From assembly GCF_002571385.2 (NCBI RefSeq), contig NW_019218252.1:167244-231243 (forward strand): DNA of 64,000 bases, in the 5' to 3' direction. Below the pieces are notes generated by a model. That model was not told where the DNA came from, made no database searches, and worked only from the letters and a program-made list of their open reading frames with translations. The translations under genes were made by a program, and so were the position numbers. This DNA comes from Stylophora pistillata. Its lineage: Eukaryota. How positions within the stretch are numbered: the first letter of the stretch is position 1; each line of letters begins with the position of its first letter. Shown piece by piece: positions 31,345 through 42,307 of the stretch.

Positions 31345-31731
31345 TAAGGCCCTGTTTACAAGCAAGGAGGGTAACCCTTGTGCTAGAGTTTTTTTTTCAG
31401 GAGGGTCAAAGATAGCCCGGGTTTACAAGCAAAATTTCACAGGCAGGGTTACCCTACCACCCGGGACAACGTACCTATTTATGGTAACCGCACGCATTGT
31501 TATCAATGTTTTTTTGGTCTGGAAACAAGTAAAAAGTTGTCCAGGGTAGGCGAGTTATCCCCAGCAGTTTTTTTACAAGGCAGCTAGGGTAACCCTAGTG
31601 CTAGGGTAACCCTAGCTGCCTTGTAATTTTTTTGATGAAAAAAAGAAGAAATGTGGGAGCGTTAGGGTAACCCTCCTGCCAGGGTTTTTTTTGCACTAGG
31701 GTTACCCTACCTGCTTGTAAACAGGGCCTAA
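31345..31731. mobile_element. MITE with 17-bp TIRs and TAA flanks (PIF/Harbinger-like), with internal GGGTAACCC palindromic subrepeats
   Basis: taa|ggccctgtttacaagca ... tgcttgtaaacagggcc|taa, plus many gggtaaccc/gggttaccc units. Confidence 0.8.
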
Positions 31732-32604
31732 GACGTCAGCGAATTTTTTTTGAAGTCCAAGTGCAGTATTGACTAAGTAACCTAAACGAACTGACCAATG
31801 AAGAGCGCAAGTTCAAATACAGTGGTAGTGCGCTGGTGTGGGGTATCACAAGATAATTTGGTTTTTTTTACTGAGTTCATCATGTGAATTTGCCATCATT
31901 TCGTCAGAGCGAAATTACGAAGGGCTCACGCTTGAAATGTCGGCTTTAGAGACCCTTTACGGCGTCCAATTCAAATTATCTTTTTTTAACTGCAAATTTA
32001 AGACTAAATCGAACCCACCTGTAACGCTGGTGAACTGCTTTTTTTTGATTAAGGATATTGGCGGATAAACCAATTACGCTAGGGAGCTGACCAAGGGAGT
32101 TAGTGAACTGACATGAAACGTCAGTAAACAGACTTGCGACTTTGGCGAACTAGCCCATTTTTTTGGCGAACTGACCCCAAACTAAACAGAAATGGAAGCG
32201 AACTATAAGCGAAACTGTCAGAAAACTGGATACATGTAGAGTCGGTGTAAAGGATAGTAAGTTGTCTTCGGATACAGGCGAGAAAAAAAGTGGTCCCGAA
32301 AACAAGAGGAAGTGTGCATAAAACTTGGACTGATAACTAATCAAGAATAGAGAACTCGGCAGAGGCTTCGTTGTTTCGGTAAAAGGACTTTTACACTTTC
32401 CGTTTGCTGTCTCTCTCTTCAAAGAGTGGCTAGATCCAAGAAACAATTAAAAGCCTGTAGACTTAGGCCCTGGTGAAATCAAAACAAGATATGAAAGGAT
32501 CTCAAATCCATCTTGATGAATGATTGACTAGCCAGAAAGAAGAGACATCAAGGACACGCATTTTTCTGGTTGAAATTTTATTTTACAGCTCTCAAAACAG
32601 GGCT

Positions 32605-34948
32605 TTACTCCCTAGATTTCATCTTTTCACGTGCCATCTTCTTCTTGGACACCTTTTTAACCTCGACCTCATCCTCGCCACGAGGAACCACTTGCTCGCG
32701 TTCAGCTAGGATCATCTCTATGTGGCATGGGGAGCTCATGTAGGCTGTTTTTTTCAAGGTTAGACTAGTTTAAGTTTTACAAGCATATCACTTCCATAGC
32801 TTATCTTTTTTTTTTCCATCAGTGACCAAGACAGAATTTCTCGTTACAATATCACTACAATGTCGAGCACACAAGTGATGAAAATAATGAATGAATTAAA
32901 CGTGAATTAGGAGATTGATAGTTGTTTTTTTTCCAAATTCTCCCCCCCCAAAAAAAAACATTCTAAGAGCTGTATGGCAGACAGTAAGGAGAATTTTTAT
33001 TGAGATCTTGGGAGTGAAACAAATAGGAGCTTACTACTCCAATTTTTTTGGATACATAAATATTAGTTACTAGATGAGAGATCCATGGGTAGAAATTGTG
33101 CCTGAGATTTTGGGCAAGGCCTGAGAAATGTCAATTACTGTCATCACAAACAATCCTAAGAAGACAATCCTTAACTACAGTATCACAAAGATGCTGAAGC
33201 AATCAAACCTTTTGCTGAAGTGACATTCTGAAGACTTGAGAAATATTGCCTGCCTATACCCTCCCCATTGCTTAAATGTTTTTTTAGAAACAAAGTGACT
33301 TACGATTGATACGTCCATGGGCTCTGTAGGTTCTCCTCCTCATCTTGGGAGCAGCATTGACTTGAATGTGCTCAACCACCAACGAGTCCACATCCATTTT
33401 TTTGATACAGAAACAAACACAGAGGACAATGAGGGAAGACTGTGCAGGGCTAAATTTTTTTTATACTGGTAGAATCACTCATGTAATCATAGAGATTTAG
33501 GGTTCCAAATTTCCATCATCTGGTTGCTAAGGCAATTGAAAAGGAACTTGGCCGCCACCAGAATTCCTGGCCATTTTTTTCAAGTCCTGTTGATGTTCAT
33601 CATGTAAGCCAGTAGTCAAGAAATTAAATATTTTTTTTTTTTCTTATGTGCTTTTATATACTCAGCTGGTGATTGTTCACCAAAAGGAATGTTTTTTTCA
33701 AAGAAACAACCAACAAAACTTTGTGTTTTTCTATTTCACAGTGAGGCATCCAATAACCAAAAAACTCACTTTAAATTCAGCATTGCTCTCAGCATTTTTG
33801 AGGAGCTGATTTTTTTTCTCTGCACTTTTCTTTGGCCAGCGGCCCTGGGATCCTGGAGCATTGAAGTTTTTTTTTTGGAAATGTAAATAATGTAAGTTTA
33901 TTTTCTCAATCATTACCTCTCCCAAGATTTTTTTAGTAATTCTCCTTTAAAACTAGCATACGTTTTTTTTTTTTCTTGTAAGTTAGTTTTTTTTTGCTGA
34001 TAAGTTTTTTGATTCCCAATACCAGTTCACAAGATAAGGTAGCTATTTTTTTAGGAGAAGTTACACTCTAATCAAGTCATGAAGTGTTACGTATAGAGAA
34101 AGTCTGGTGTGCTAGGATTATATAGAGGGAAATATCAGTCTCCTTTCTATTAAGCAGTTCTACACTGAAATTTGGGACTCTATATGATAAATAGGGCAGC
34201 AGACCTGATGGGAAAGGCTCCATTTTTTTAGTCACTGCAAATTAAACACTAGCATATAGCAGATTGAGAAATAACTTCTTATTTTTTTAGTTTCCAACTA
34301 TTAATTTACAGAAGACAAAGCCAATAGAGAGGATCATGCATGACATTGGTAGCTTTGGTTGATATGTCAGTTATTACTTCTACCAATAGTATACTGATAT
34401 TTTTTTATATCAAGACACAAGTTGACTATTGATCATCAGCCAATCAATGGACAACTATGGACCAGCCGTTGTTTTTGAAAAGTGACTGGCTTTCAGCAGA
34501 TATATTGCCCACCCATCCACCAACTATCGGCTGAAACATATCAGCCGAGGCCACCCATAGTAAGCTTGGCGGCTAATTTTTTTCTTCATGGTGGCGTTAA
34601 GGTACTTGGGAGAGCATTTTAAGAATCGTGGACTTTGGAAGTTCTTCAGTAAAGCCAAGTTATTTCAAACACATCGTACACGTAAATGACAAGTTTTTTT
34701 TTATTATGGGAGACATGGTATACATATCATACCTGAGCTTTACGTCCCACGCCACCATTGAATCTTCGGAAGGGAATGATCTGCTTCTTGGCAATAACAT
34801 CCTTGAGATATCTGTTTGCCTTACGTATGTGCATACCCTTGATGGCCACAGCCGTCTCGTGTGTGTTCTTGTTTTTTTCACGGAGGTTAGAGCCTCGTGC
34901 TTTACAAGACTTGGTTGGATTCTCCGGATCTTTTTTTTAACGAGTCAT
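32605..34948 (-). CDS. RPL17: 60S ribosomal protein L17 (uL22). Exons ~34732-34948, ~33766-33872, ~33304-33401, 32605-32744. Disrupted as written by T7 tracts.
   Basis: [42 protein letters not shown]...GGVGRKAQ; [22 protein letters not shown]; [37 protein letters not shown]. Confidence 0.93.
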
Positions 34949-35336
34949 CTTGAGTGACCTTTACCTGCAAACACATCGTGCATCGACATAATGGTTTTAA
35001 GTCTATCATATTATGCAAGGAAATCAAAGGGAAATTATATACATAGCTTTTTTTTTTTCACTCGGATACCACACAGTCCTTCAGACAAAACGAAATAATC
35101 TTCGAAAAATGCTAGGAATACTTAGACATGTTTCCCAAAGTTAGCAAATAATTTATTGTGGAGTAATAGATTCACTATCAGCGCGATTTTTTTACATTTA
35201 AAGTAATACTTCATTTATGTTATTGGGCAGAAGTACGCACTGATGTTGAAACTACAAACATCGGAAGTCTACCGAAAATTGAAATTTTTTTTGGGGAGAT
35301 AATTTGAGATTTTAACAACATATTGAAGTCAATCTC

Positions 35337-35498
35337 ACCTTCGAAGAGGAAGGTTGAAAGAGGACATCTACCCAGACTTCTTTTCGATATGACTAGCTCA
35401 CTACGCAAGCGCATTCATCAATTCAAAATGGCGTCTGATTCGTATCGCTAGTTGCAAGAACTTTTTTTGGTTTCCCTGGCCCTGTCTTGTAGTTCACG
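35337..35498. promoter_or_regulatory. Compact bidirectional promoter shared by RPL17 and the NPL-FKBP gene, including the RPL17 pyrimidine-rich (5'TOP-like) first non-coding exon
   Basis: Minus strand cctttcaaccttcctcttcgaag|GTGAGA at ~35337-35362. YY1-like AAAATGGCG at ~35425-35433. FKBP ATG at 35499. Confidence 0.6.
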
Positions 35499-38400
35499 AT
35501 GTTTTGGGGTGAGTATACCATTTTTTTCCTTTTTTAGTTCCTTTTCCATATGATCAAAATCTAAAGAGTGGAAAAGCGACTCCTCCAAACTGTAATATTT
35601 GATCAGCTAGATGTAGAGTTGCGCGCGGCATCGGGTTGAATAAATTGTTTGGTTGAGTACAAACACAGTAATCGTTTAAAAAAATCCACTTTTAATTTAC
35701 AACAATTATAAATTTTATAAAGAAGCTATAAATGGTTTATATATATAAGGCATGTATAAAGCAAATGCTGCTTCAATATTGGCATTTTAGAACGGCCAGT
35801 GCGCGCTCAACCGTATTTGCACAGCTTATGGTCTTTAACACGTGGAACATATTTGTGAGCTGGAGAAAACGTGTAAAAACTGCCCAAGGTGAAACCTAGC
35901 ATACTGTATGTTAGATAAAGTTTAGTTGAGGAGATTGCTAAAGCTGTGCTCTTGGAAGAATCATTGGAGACCGGAAGGCTCTCGATTCAGTACCAGCTGT
36001 TAAACCTTCAACCCGGCCCCTTGGAGTGATTTAAATGTAGCTCCTTCTTACGAGTCCAATGTTTTATCTTGCAAAGAGGTTAGGAGAACAGACAAACTTA
36101 TCAGTTCGAAGGCTTGTCTTGAATTAACACCTAATTTACAAGGAAATGTCAGGTAGTCAATGGGGTAAATTACTTATCTGATCTAAGAATAATTTTATAT
36201 ATAATAGCTTTCATCAAAGTGCAGTTATGCAAGTTTCTTTACAACAATTGTTAGTAGCCTGTGGTACCTGGACCCTACTATGACATAGAGAACAGTTAAG
36301 GTTTTATTCCTTGGAGTGTACCATGGACCTGTCAAAAGAACAGTTTTTACTTCCATACTTATTTTGTTCTCAGGGGTCACTCTTGATTCTGGAAACCGCT
36401 ACACCCAGACAGTGGAAAAGTCATTTCATTTATCAATGGCTGCTCTGGGCTTTCAGAACTTTTCGTCAGTACCAGTCACAGTAATGGTTGAGGTAGATAA
36501 AGCTCAGTTTGTACTGTGCACATTTTTTTTTGGAAAAATTCCACAACAGCCTTTAGACTATTGTTTTACAGAAGGAGAAGAGATAACTTTCTTTACAGAA
36601 GGCCCTGGGGATGTACATCTAACAGGTTTGTTCTGTTTTCTTGTTTTTGGTCACTATCATGATGGAGTAATTAGTCATTTTTTGGAATTTCTTTATTGAA
36701 TTTTTTTCAAGGAGGAATAAACAGGCAGACATAACCATATACGAAATGTAGGCAGAAGGTTTTTTTTTTTTATTTTGCTTTTTATTTTGCTTTTTATTTT
36801 GCTTTTTATTTTGCTGGCTTTTTTTTGGATTAGAAATTCATTATACTGTGTTCTTGGTGACACTGTGTGAGTTTCCATTTTTTTTTGTCTAGAGCATGTG
36901 CTTTTATTTTCTGTCAAGGGAGCAGGGATGGTGTAGTTTTTTTAACGCTTGCCTCCAACTGCTGTGACCTGGGTTTGATTCCCCAACCTGGTGTCTTTTT
37001 TTGGTTGAGTTTTATTGTTGGTTCTCCTCCTGCTCTGAAGGTTTTTCTCTGGGTCCTCCAGCTTTCCTACCTCCAAAAACAGCATTCCAAATTCCAATTC
37101 AATCCAGAAACAGTGGACAAGAAGGGCCACCTCATGGAATGTCAATTGCTATTGATAAATTGTTATTCCCATTCTATTAGATCACAGATATTGACATGAT
37201 GTACTTGTTTTTAAAAACTCACCTGTATTTTCATTGAATTGTGGTCTCGCTGTAGCATGTTACACAAACATGAACCCAATAATAATAAGCTTTCCATTAA
37301 ATGATAATACTTCATGGATAGGTTATTTAATGGAAGAACCAAGTACTTTGGAATTTGAAGAGTCTGCAGAGGAAGGAAGCAATTCTGATTCGGCAGAGGA
37401 GGACGATGAATCATCCAGTGAGGAAGTGACTCTTGGAGACTTATTTCAAAGTGGAGATTTGATTGGTGATGGCAGTGATGATGAGGATGAAGAGAGCGGA
37501 GATGTGGACTGGGACCCGTTGAAGGATAATCCAAAGAAAAAAAAAACAAGCAAGAAAAAGAAGAAGAAAAAACAGGCTGAGAATTTTTTTTTAAACAATA
37601 TTATATCTCTAATGGATGTTGAACAAGCTGAAGTAACTATGTCAAATGATGGTACGAGTGGTGAAAATGAAGATAGTACTGGAGGGCAGAATAGCACTCA
37701 ATCTGAAAATGAACTCAGAAAGAAAGATGGAAACAAGAAAAAGAGGAAAACGAGTGAAACAGAAAATCAAACAATTGAAAATGGATTTAAATCAGCTAAA
37801 AAACTCAAGAAAAAAGCCAAGAAAACTCAATTAAATTCACCAAACAGTGATGGCAAGATAGAAAAGACAAAAACTCAGGATTTTTTTAGTGGGCAAACTT
37901 CATTAGATACTAGCTCACCTACAAAAAACATTGACACTCAAGTTAAACAAGAAACACAAATGAATAAAGAAAAGGTGACACAACCGAGTTCTGGTAAACA
38001 GAATGATCAAGCACAAGCCACACCGGTAAGTATTTCTCAGGGTTGTAGCTAAGAATTTACACTGCTGGCAGAAATTTCAGGTGAGGAGGCTCAAAGGTGG
38101 GGAATGATTGTAAGTGTGTAACCTTAGAAGTGCCCATTGTAGTTTACCAAGCAATTGCCGGCCAAAAATCTAGCCTTTTTTTACTGCTTTTTCATTCAGT
38201 GAATTTCACAGGCACAGGTGCTTAGTGACAACCCTTTTTTTTTGCCTGATATTATGGAAAATTTTTGATTAGCTGTCTTTTCATTGTAAGTAATTTTTTT
38301 AGGGTCATTGCAGGTGAAAAGAAACATGGAAGGCTGCAAACTTTTGTTTTCCTTGGTTTAGAGGTAATCATGAATAAAATTTTTTGAAAAGATGGCAGTC

Positions 38401-40442
38401 TTGTTTGGTGTTGTGTAGTCAGTGTATTATTAATGTTGGCATAGTTCCAATGATAATCATTGGCATAATCTTTTTTTAGGAATATTTTTCTGCTTGATAT
38501 GGATGACACAATAGTTTGCAAAATTAACTTTTTTTTAAATAATTACTCTGGGATCTTGTGATGTATTTTAAGCAGGCAAAGAGGAAAATTTTTTTAGGAG
38601 GAACTGTGTTTGAGGACATTACAAAAGGAACAGGACCAGTGGCCAAAAAAGGACAGATGGTAAGGATGTACATAAATAATACGCAGCAGTACTTGTATCT
38701 TATTAACCAAGCGTGAGGGCTGTACTGGGAGAATATCGGCCTGAGGTCTTGACAGTACAGACCTCACTACGTTCGGTCTGTACAAAAAAAGACCGAGGGC
38801 CGATATTCTTCCAGTACGGTCCCGAGCAAGCTTGGTTAATAAGAGATTTATTATACGACTGAAGTTCAAAGGGACACAGGTGTGGTATCATTCGGGACCA
38901 TTTGGGACAGTGTCCGGTCAAATGCTGACAGAATATTGACCGGCAATAGAGCATTTTGATTGGTTGATTTTAGTTATTGGCCCTCTGACTGCCCGAGTTG
39001 TGTAATAATATAATGTACATGCCATGATCTTCACATATTTTTATGTGATCTACTTACAAAAACAAACTGTGTCTTCATAATTGTGCTACCATAATACTGC
39101 AACTGTCAAGCATTGAACACTGAACAAAAAATGTTGTGGTCTTTGTATGGCTATCTTATTGAGACAGTTTAAGCACAATTAATGTTTGTCCATGAAGTTG
39201 CAGTAAGTCAGTTGTGATATTTCATAAACTGGAAGTGGTAAGTTGGTGATTCAAGTAAACCACAAGAGAGCACCTGAATTGATCAATAGAATATTTAACC
39301 TTTCAGCTGTGGTTTTAAAGGTGTTTGTAGATCTTCCTTCTTGTTTGTTTGTTTGTTTTTTCTTGTTTTTTGTTTCATTACAATTTTTTTTTTAATTTCT
39401 TTCAACAGGTTCATGTATATTATAAAGGAAATTTAGCAAAGAATAAAAAGCAGTTTGATGCTTGTCTGAGTGGACGTCCATTCTCATTCAGAGTTGGTGC
39501 AGGAGAGGTCATACAAGGCTGGGATCTGGGTGTCACTGGTAGGTGTTTGAACATTTATTCTGCCAAGGCAATCTTCCTTTTAATTTGAATTTGAAGCCTA
39601 GAATTTCTTTATGCCAAAAACTGATATATGTCAAAATTAATTGCGAGTCAACCAAGGTTGTTCTTTTTCACACAGGAATGCAAGTAGGTGGAAAAAGAAG
39701 ATTAATAGTGCCTCCATCACAAGGGTAGGTTATCTGTTACAGTATCCTGGAGACATCTTTGATACGCAACGAACTTAATGTAGTGCTTAATTTGATCATG
39801 TTATGTGAAAGTACCCCACACATGCTTTTTGTAACAAGTAACTACCCCAGGTGAACTTTGCAGCCATTTTATTAGTAATCAAGTTTGTCAACTAGGGCAC
39901 CTGTTGAGCTCAGTCAATGTTACAGGTGAAAATGGCAATTACTGTCACATTACACTGGGGCACGTATCACAATGCTACAGGTGAAAATGGCAATTACTGT
40001 CACATTACACTGGGGCACGTATCACAATGCTACAGGTGAAAATGGCAATTACTGTCACATTACACTGGGGCACGTATCACAATGCTACAGGTGAAAATGG
40101 CAATTACTGTCACATTACACTGGGGCACGTATCACAATGCTACAGGTGAAAATGGCAATTACTGTCACATTACACTGGGGCACGTATCACAATGCTACAG
40201 GTGAAAATGGCAATTACTGTCACATTACACTAGGGCACGTATCACAATGCTACAGGTGATATCCTCAATGTAACAGTCACTTCAAAACTTAGTGACAGCC
40301 CTGGTGCAGAGTCTCGTACAATATCTTACAGAGTTGATGTGTAAATATGATTGTCATTTGCAGATATGGTCATAAAAAGATGGGACCAATTCCACCAAAC
40401 AGTACATTGGAGTTTGAAGTTCAACTTGTGAAACTTCAGTAA
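35499..40442 (+). CDS. Nucleoplasmin-like + FKBP-type PPIase nucleolar histone chaperone (FKBP39/Fpr3-4/AtFKBP53-like). Exons 35499-35508, 36374-36625, 37322-38025, 38576-38659, 39409-39538, 39676-39724, 40364-40442.
   Basis: MFWG start; NPL core (FHLSMAAL, LCT..GKIPQQPLD, GPGDVHLTGY); acidic then Lys-rich linker; FKBP domain (VYYKG, FD, F.VGAGEVIQGWDLGV.GMQVGGKRRLIVPPSQGYG, IPPNSTLEFEVQL). Confidence 0.9.
36918..37150 (+). mobile_element. tRNA-derived SINE copy in FKBP intron
   Basis: gggagcagggatggtgtagt (A-box-like) ... gggtttgattcc (B-box-like) ... ggtttttctctgggtcctccagctttcct ... ttccaaattccaattc, typical of anthozoan SINEs. Confidence 0.65.
38699..38843. mobile_element. Short palindromic MITE
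   Basis: ttattaaccaagc...gtactgggagaatatcggcc mirrors ggccgatattcttccagtac...gcttggttaataa. Confidence 0.75.
39916..40259. repeat. 55-bp minisatellite, ~6.2 near-identical copies, in the last FKBP intron
   Basis: Unit tacaggtgaaaatggcaattactgtcacattacactggggcacgtatcacaatgc at 39921, 39976, 40031, 40086, 40141, 40196 and partial at 40251. Confidence 0.95.
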
Positions 40443-42307
40443 TATACTAAATCAACTGAGACATGCTACTGTTATGCAAATCTGCTTTCCACATGTGCAA
40501 ACTCAGACCATTTCTACAAATTTGTAAGTTGGAGTTTTGATGGTCTACTTACGAAACTGTAATAATATACTACCAGTACCTGTAAATCGACTGTCAAGTG
40601 AGTCAGTTGCCTACATGTACATTGAATAACACTAGCATGTGAAGGACTGATATACCAAAACTACCACATCTTGAGTGAGAATAATTATCCTTCTTGCTTT
40701 CAATTCAATAACATTCTGCAATAGAGATATCCCCTCTGAGGTGGTTATTTCAGAATTTTATGATTGATTCTTTATCAGTTATCAAATTTCACAACCCTGC
40801 TGCAGAAAGCCACCATTTTCCTGTCATTATTTTAGCTCATTTTCTTCCATCATAATTTCATTTTCAAATATTGTTCCTATGCAAGACTCATGGTTGTAAA
40901 AGGTACTTGTCATTTATTCTTATAAAAAGGCATGTATGTGTCAGAGTTTAATGTGATGAACACTAGCTTTTCTTGCATGCATTTTAACTATTTCTTTCTT
41001 TAAAAGATTTTTCACTTTTGAAACTCCTATCATTTTAACAATATTTTATATGAAGAAAGTAACAGGTACATTTATTAGTTGATGGAAAAATGTAATAAAC
41101 AAAAGTATAAATTAACAAGTGTCCTCAATTGTACTAACAAAATTTGTTAGACTTAATGAAGAAAACAACCTCTGAGCTTTTCCCTTTGGATAAAGCTCAT
41201 GGTTTAGTAATGGTAATAGGATTGAGTGGCATCCAATTTGGTCGGAGTGTAAACAAAATTAGATGATTGTGCCACAGGATTCTGATTTGTTCATTGTGAG
41301 TATGATTACAGACCAAATTGGACAACATAAAGACTTCTTGCCAATTAATCATAAAAATTACAATTTCTGAGAAAAGAAGAATAGCCAAGTGATGAAAGAA
41401 AAGGAAAATTACATTTAAAGTCTGACAAAGGTGACATAATTTGTTTAACCTATTGACGTCCAGTGTGCCCGTAAGTGCCCATGTGGACCCACACTCTTTC
41501 TACACCTTGTGACGTCATCCCTTTTAACCCTGTAGCATGACTTTGAACACGTACTCGAACAGGTTGAAAATATCTTACAAACGAAACCAGAATGAGTGAA
41601 ATTGAATGAAGGAGATTGGAGAAATAGCCAAAAAACCATGTAACTTTGACCTGAAAATCTGCACGAAANGGGCAGGAGAAAGAGAGAAAAGTAAAAGAAA
41701 TTTTGCTTTCTGCGCGTGCCCGAGATTTTCAGACTACCATTTTGCATTTGGATTGAAAGGCTGTTGAGTGTACAAGCTGTCAATGGGTTTGTGGTAAGTT
41801 TGAGCTTTTAAAACCACAACAGTGACCCAAAATCTGCTCGACTAGCTTCAAAACACAGTTTTTCACAAAAGCTGTGTCTATTAATGGGTTAATGTAACTC
41901 TGAAATTGACTACAACCAACTTTGAATTTGATTGGTTGATGTAAACTACACCTTTGAATCTGATTGGCTTATTAAACTGTCTGATAACAAAATGTCCAAT
42001 AAGAAACTGTCCAATAACAACTTGGCAAGTGAATTAGTGGAAAATAGTAGTTTTTTTTTTAAACCAATCACAGTCAAGGAGATTGCATATTTTACGATTA
42101 AACAAGATATCAAACTGCAGTTAGAATAGCTTCCTACTTGGCCACAACTTGAATTAATGGCTGACGTCCTGTTTGAAATTCATTAAATGTAACATCTGAG
42201 CATGGAGGGGTGACTGATGCCATTGTTCAGAAGATTCAAATCATCAAAGCTGGTGAGGCATGTGAGGGAATATACACTGATGACACAGTGATGTTGTGAT
42301 GTTTTCA

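Noticed and set aside
32750-34730. Intronic snoRNAs in RPL17 (vertebrate RPL17 hosts SNORD58)
   Set aside because: C-box-like RTGATGA occurs on the minus strand (~33141, ~33597), but I found no suitably placed D box or terminal stem. Needs an Infernal/snoscan run.
32605-34948. RPL17 as a conventional pseudogene
   Set aside because: Every lesion I found sits on a lattice site. The remaining sequence, introns and promoter look intact.
39916-40259. Regular repeats suggesting a CRISPR array
   Set aside because: Head-to-tail identical units with no unique spacers, no cas genes, and located in a eukaryotic intron.
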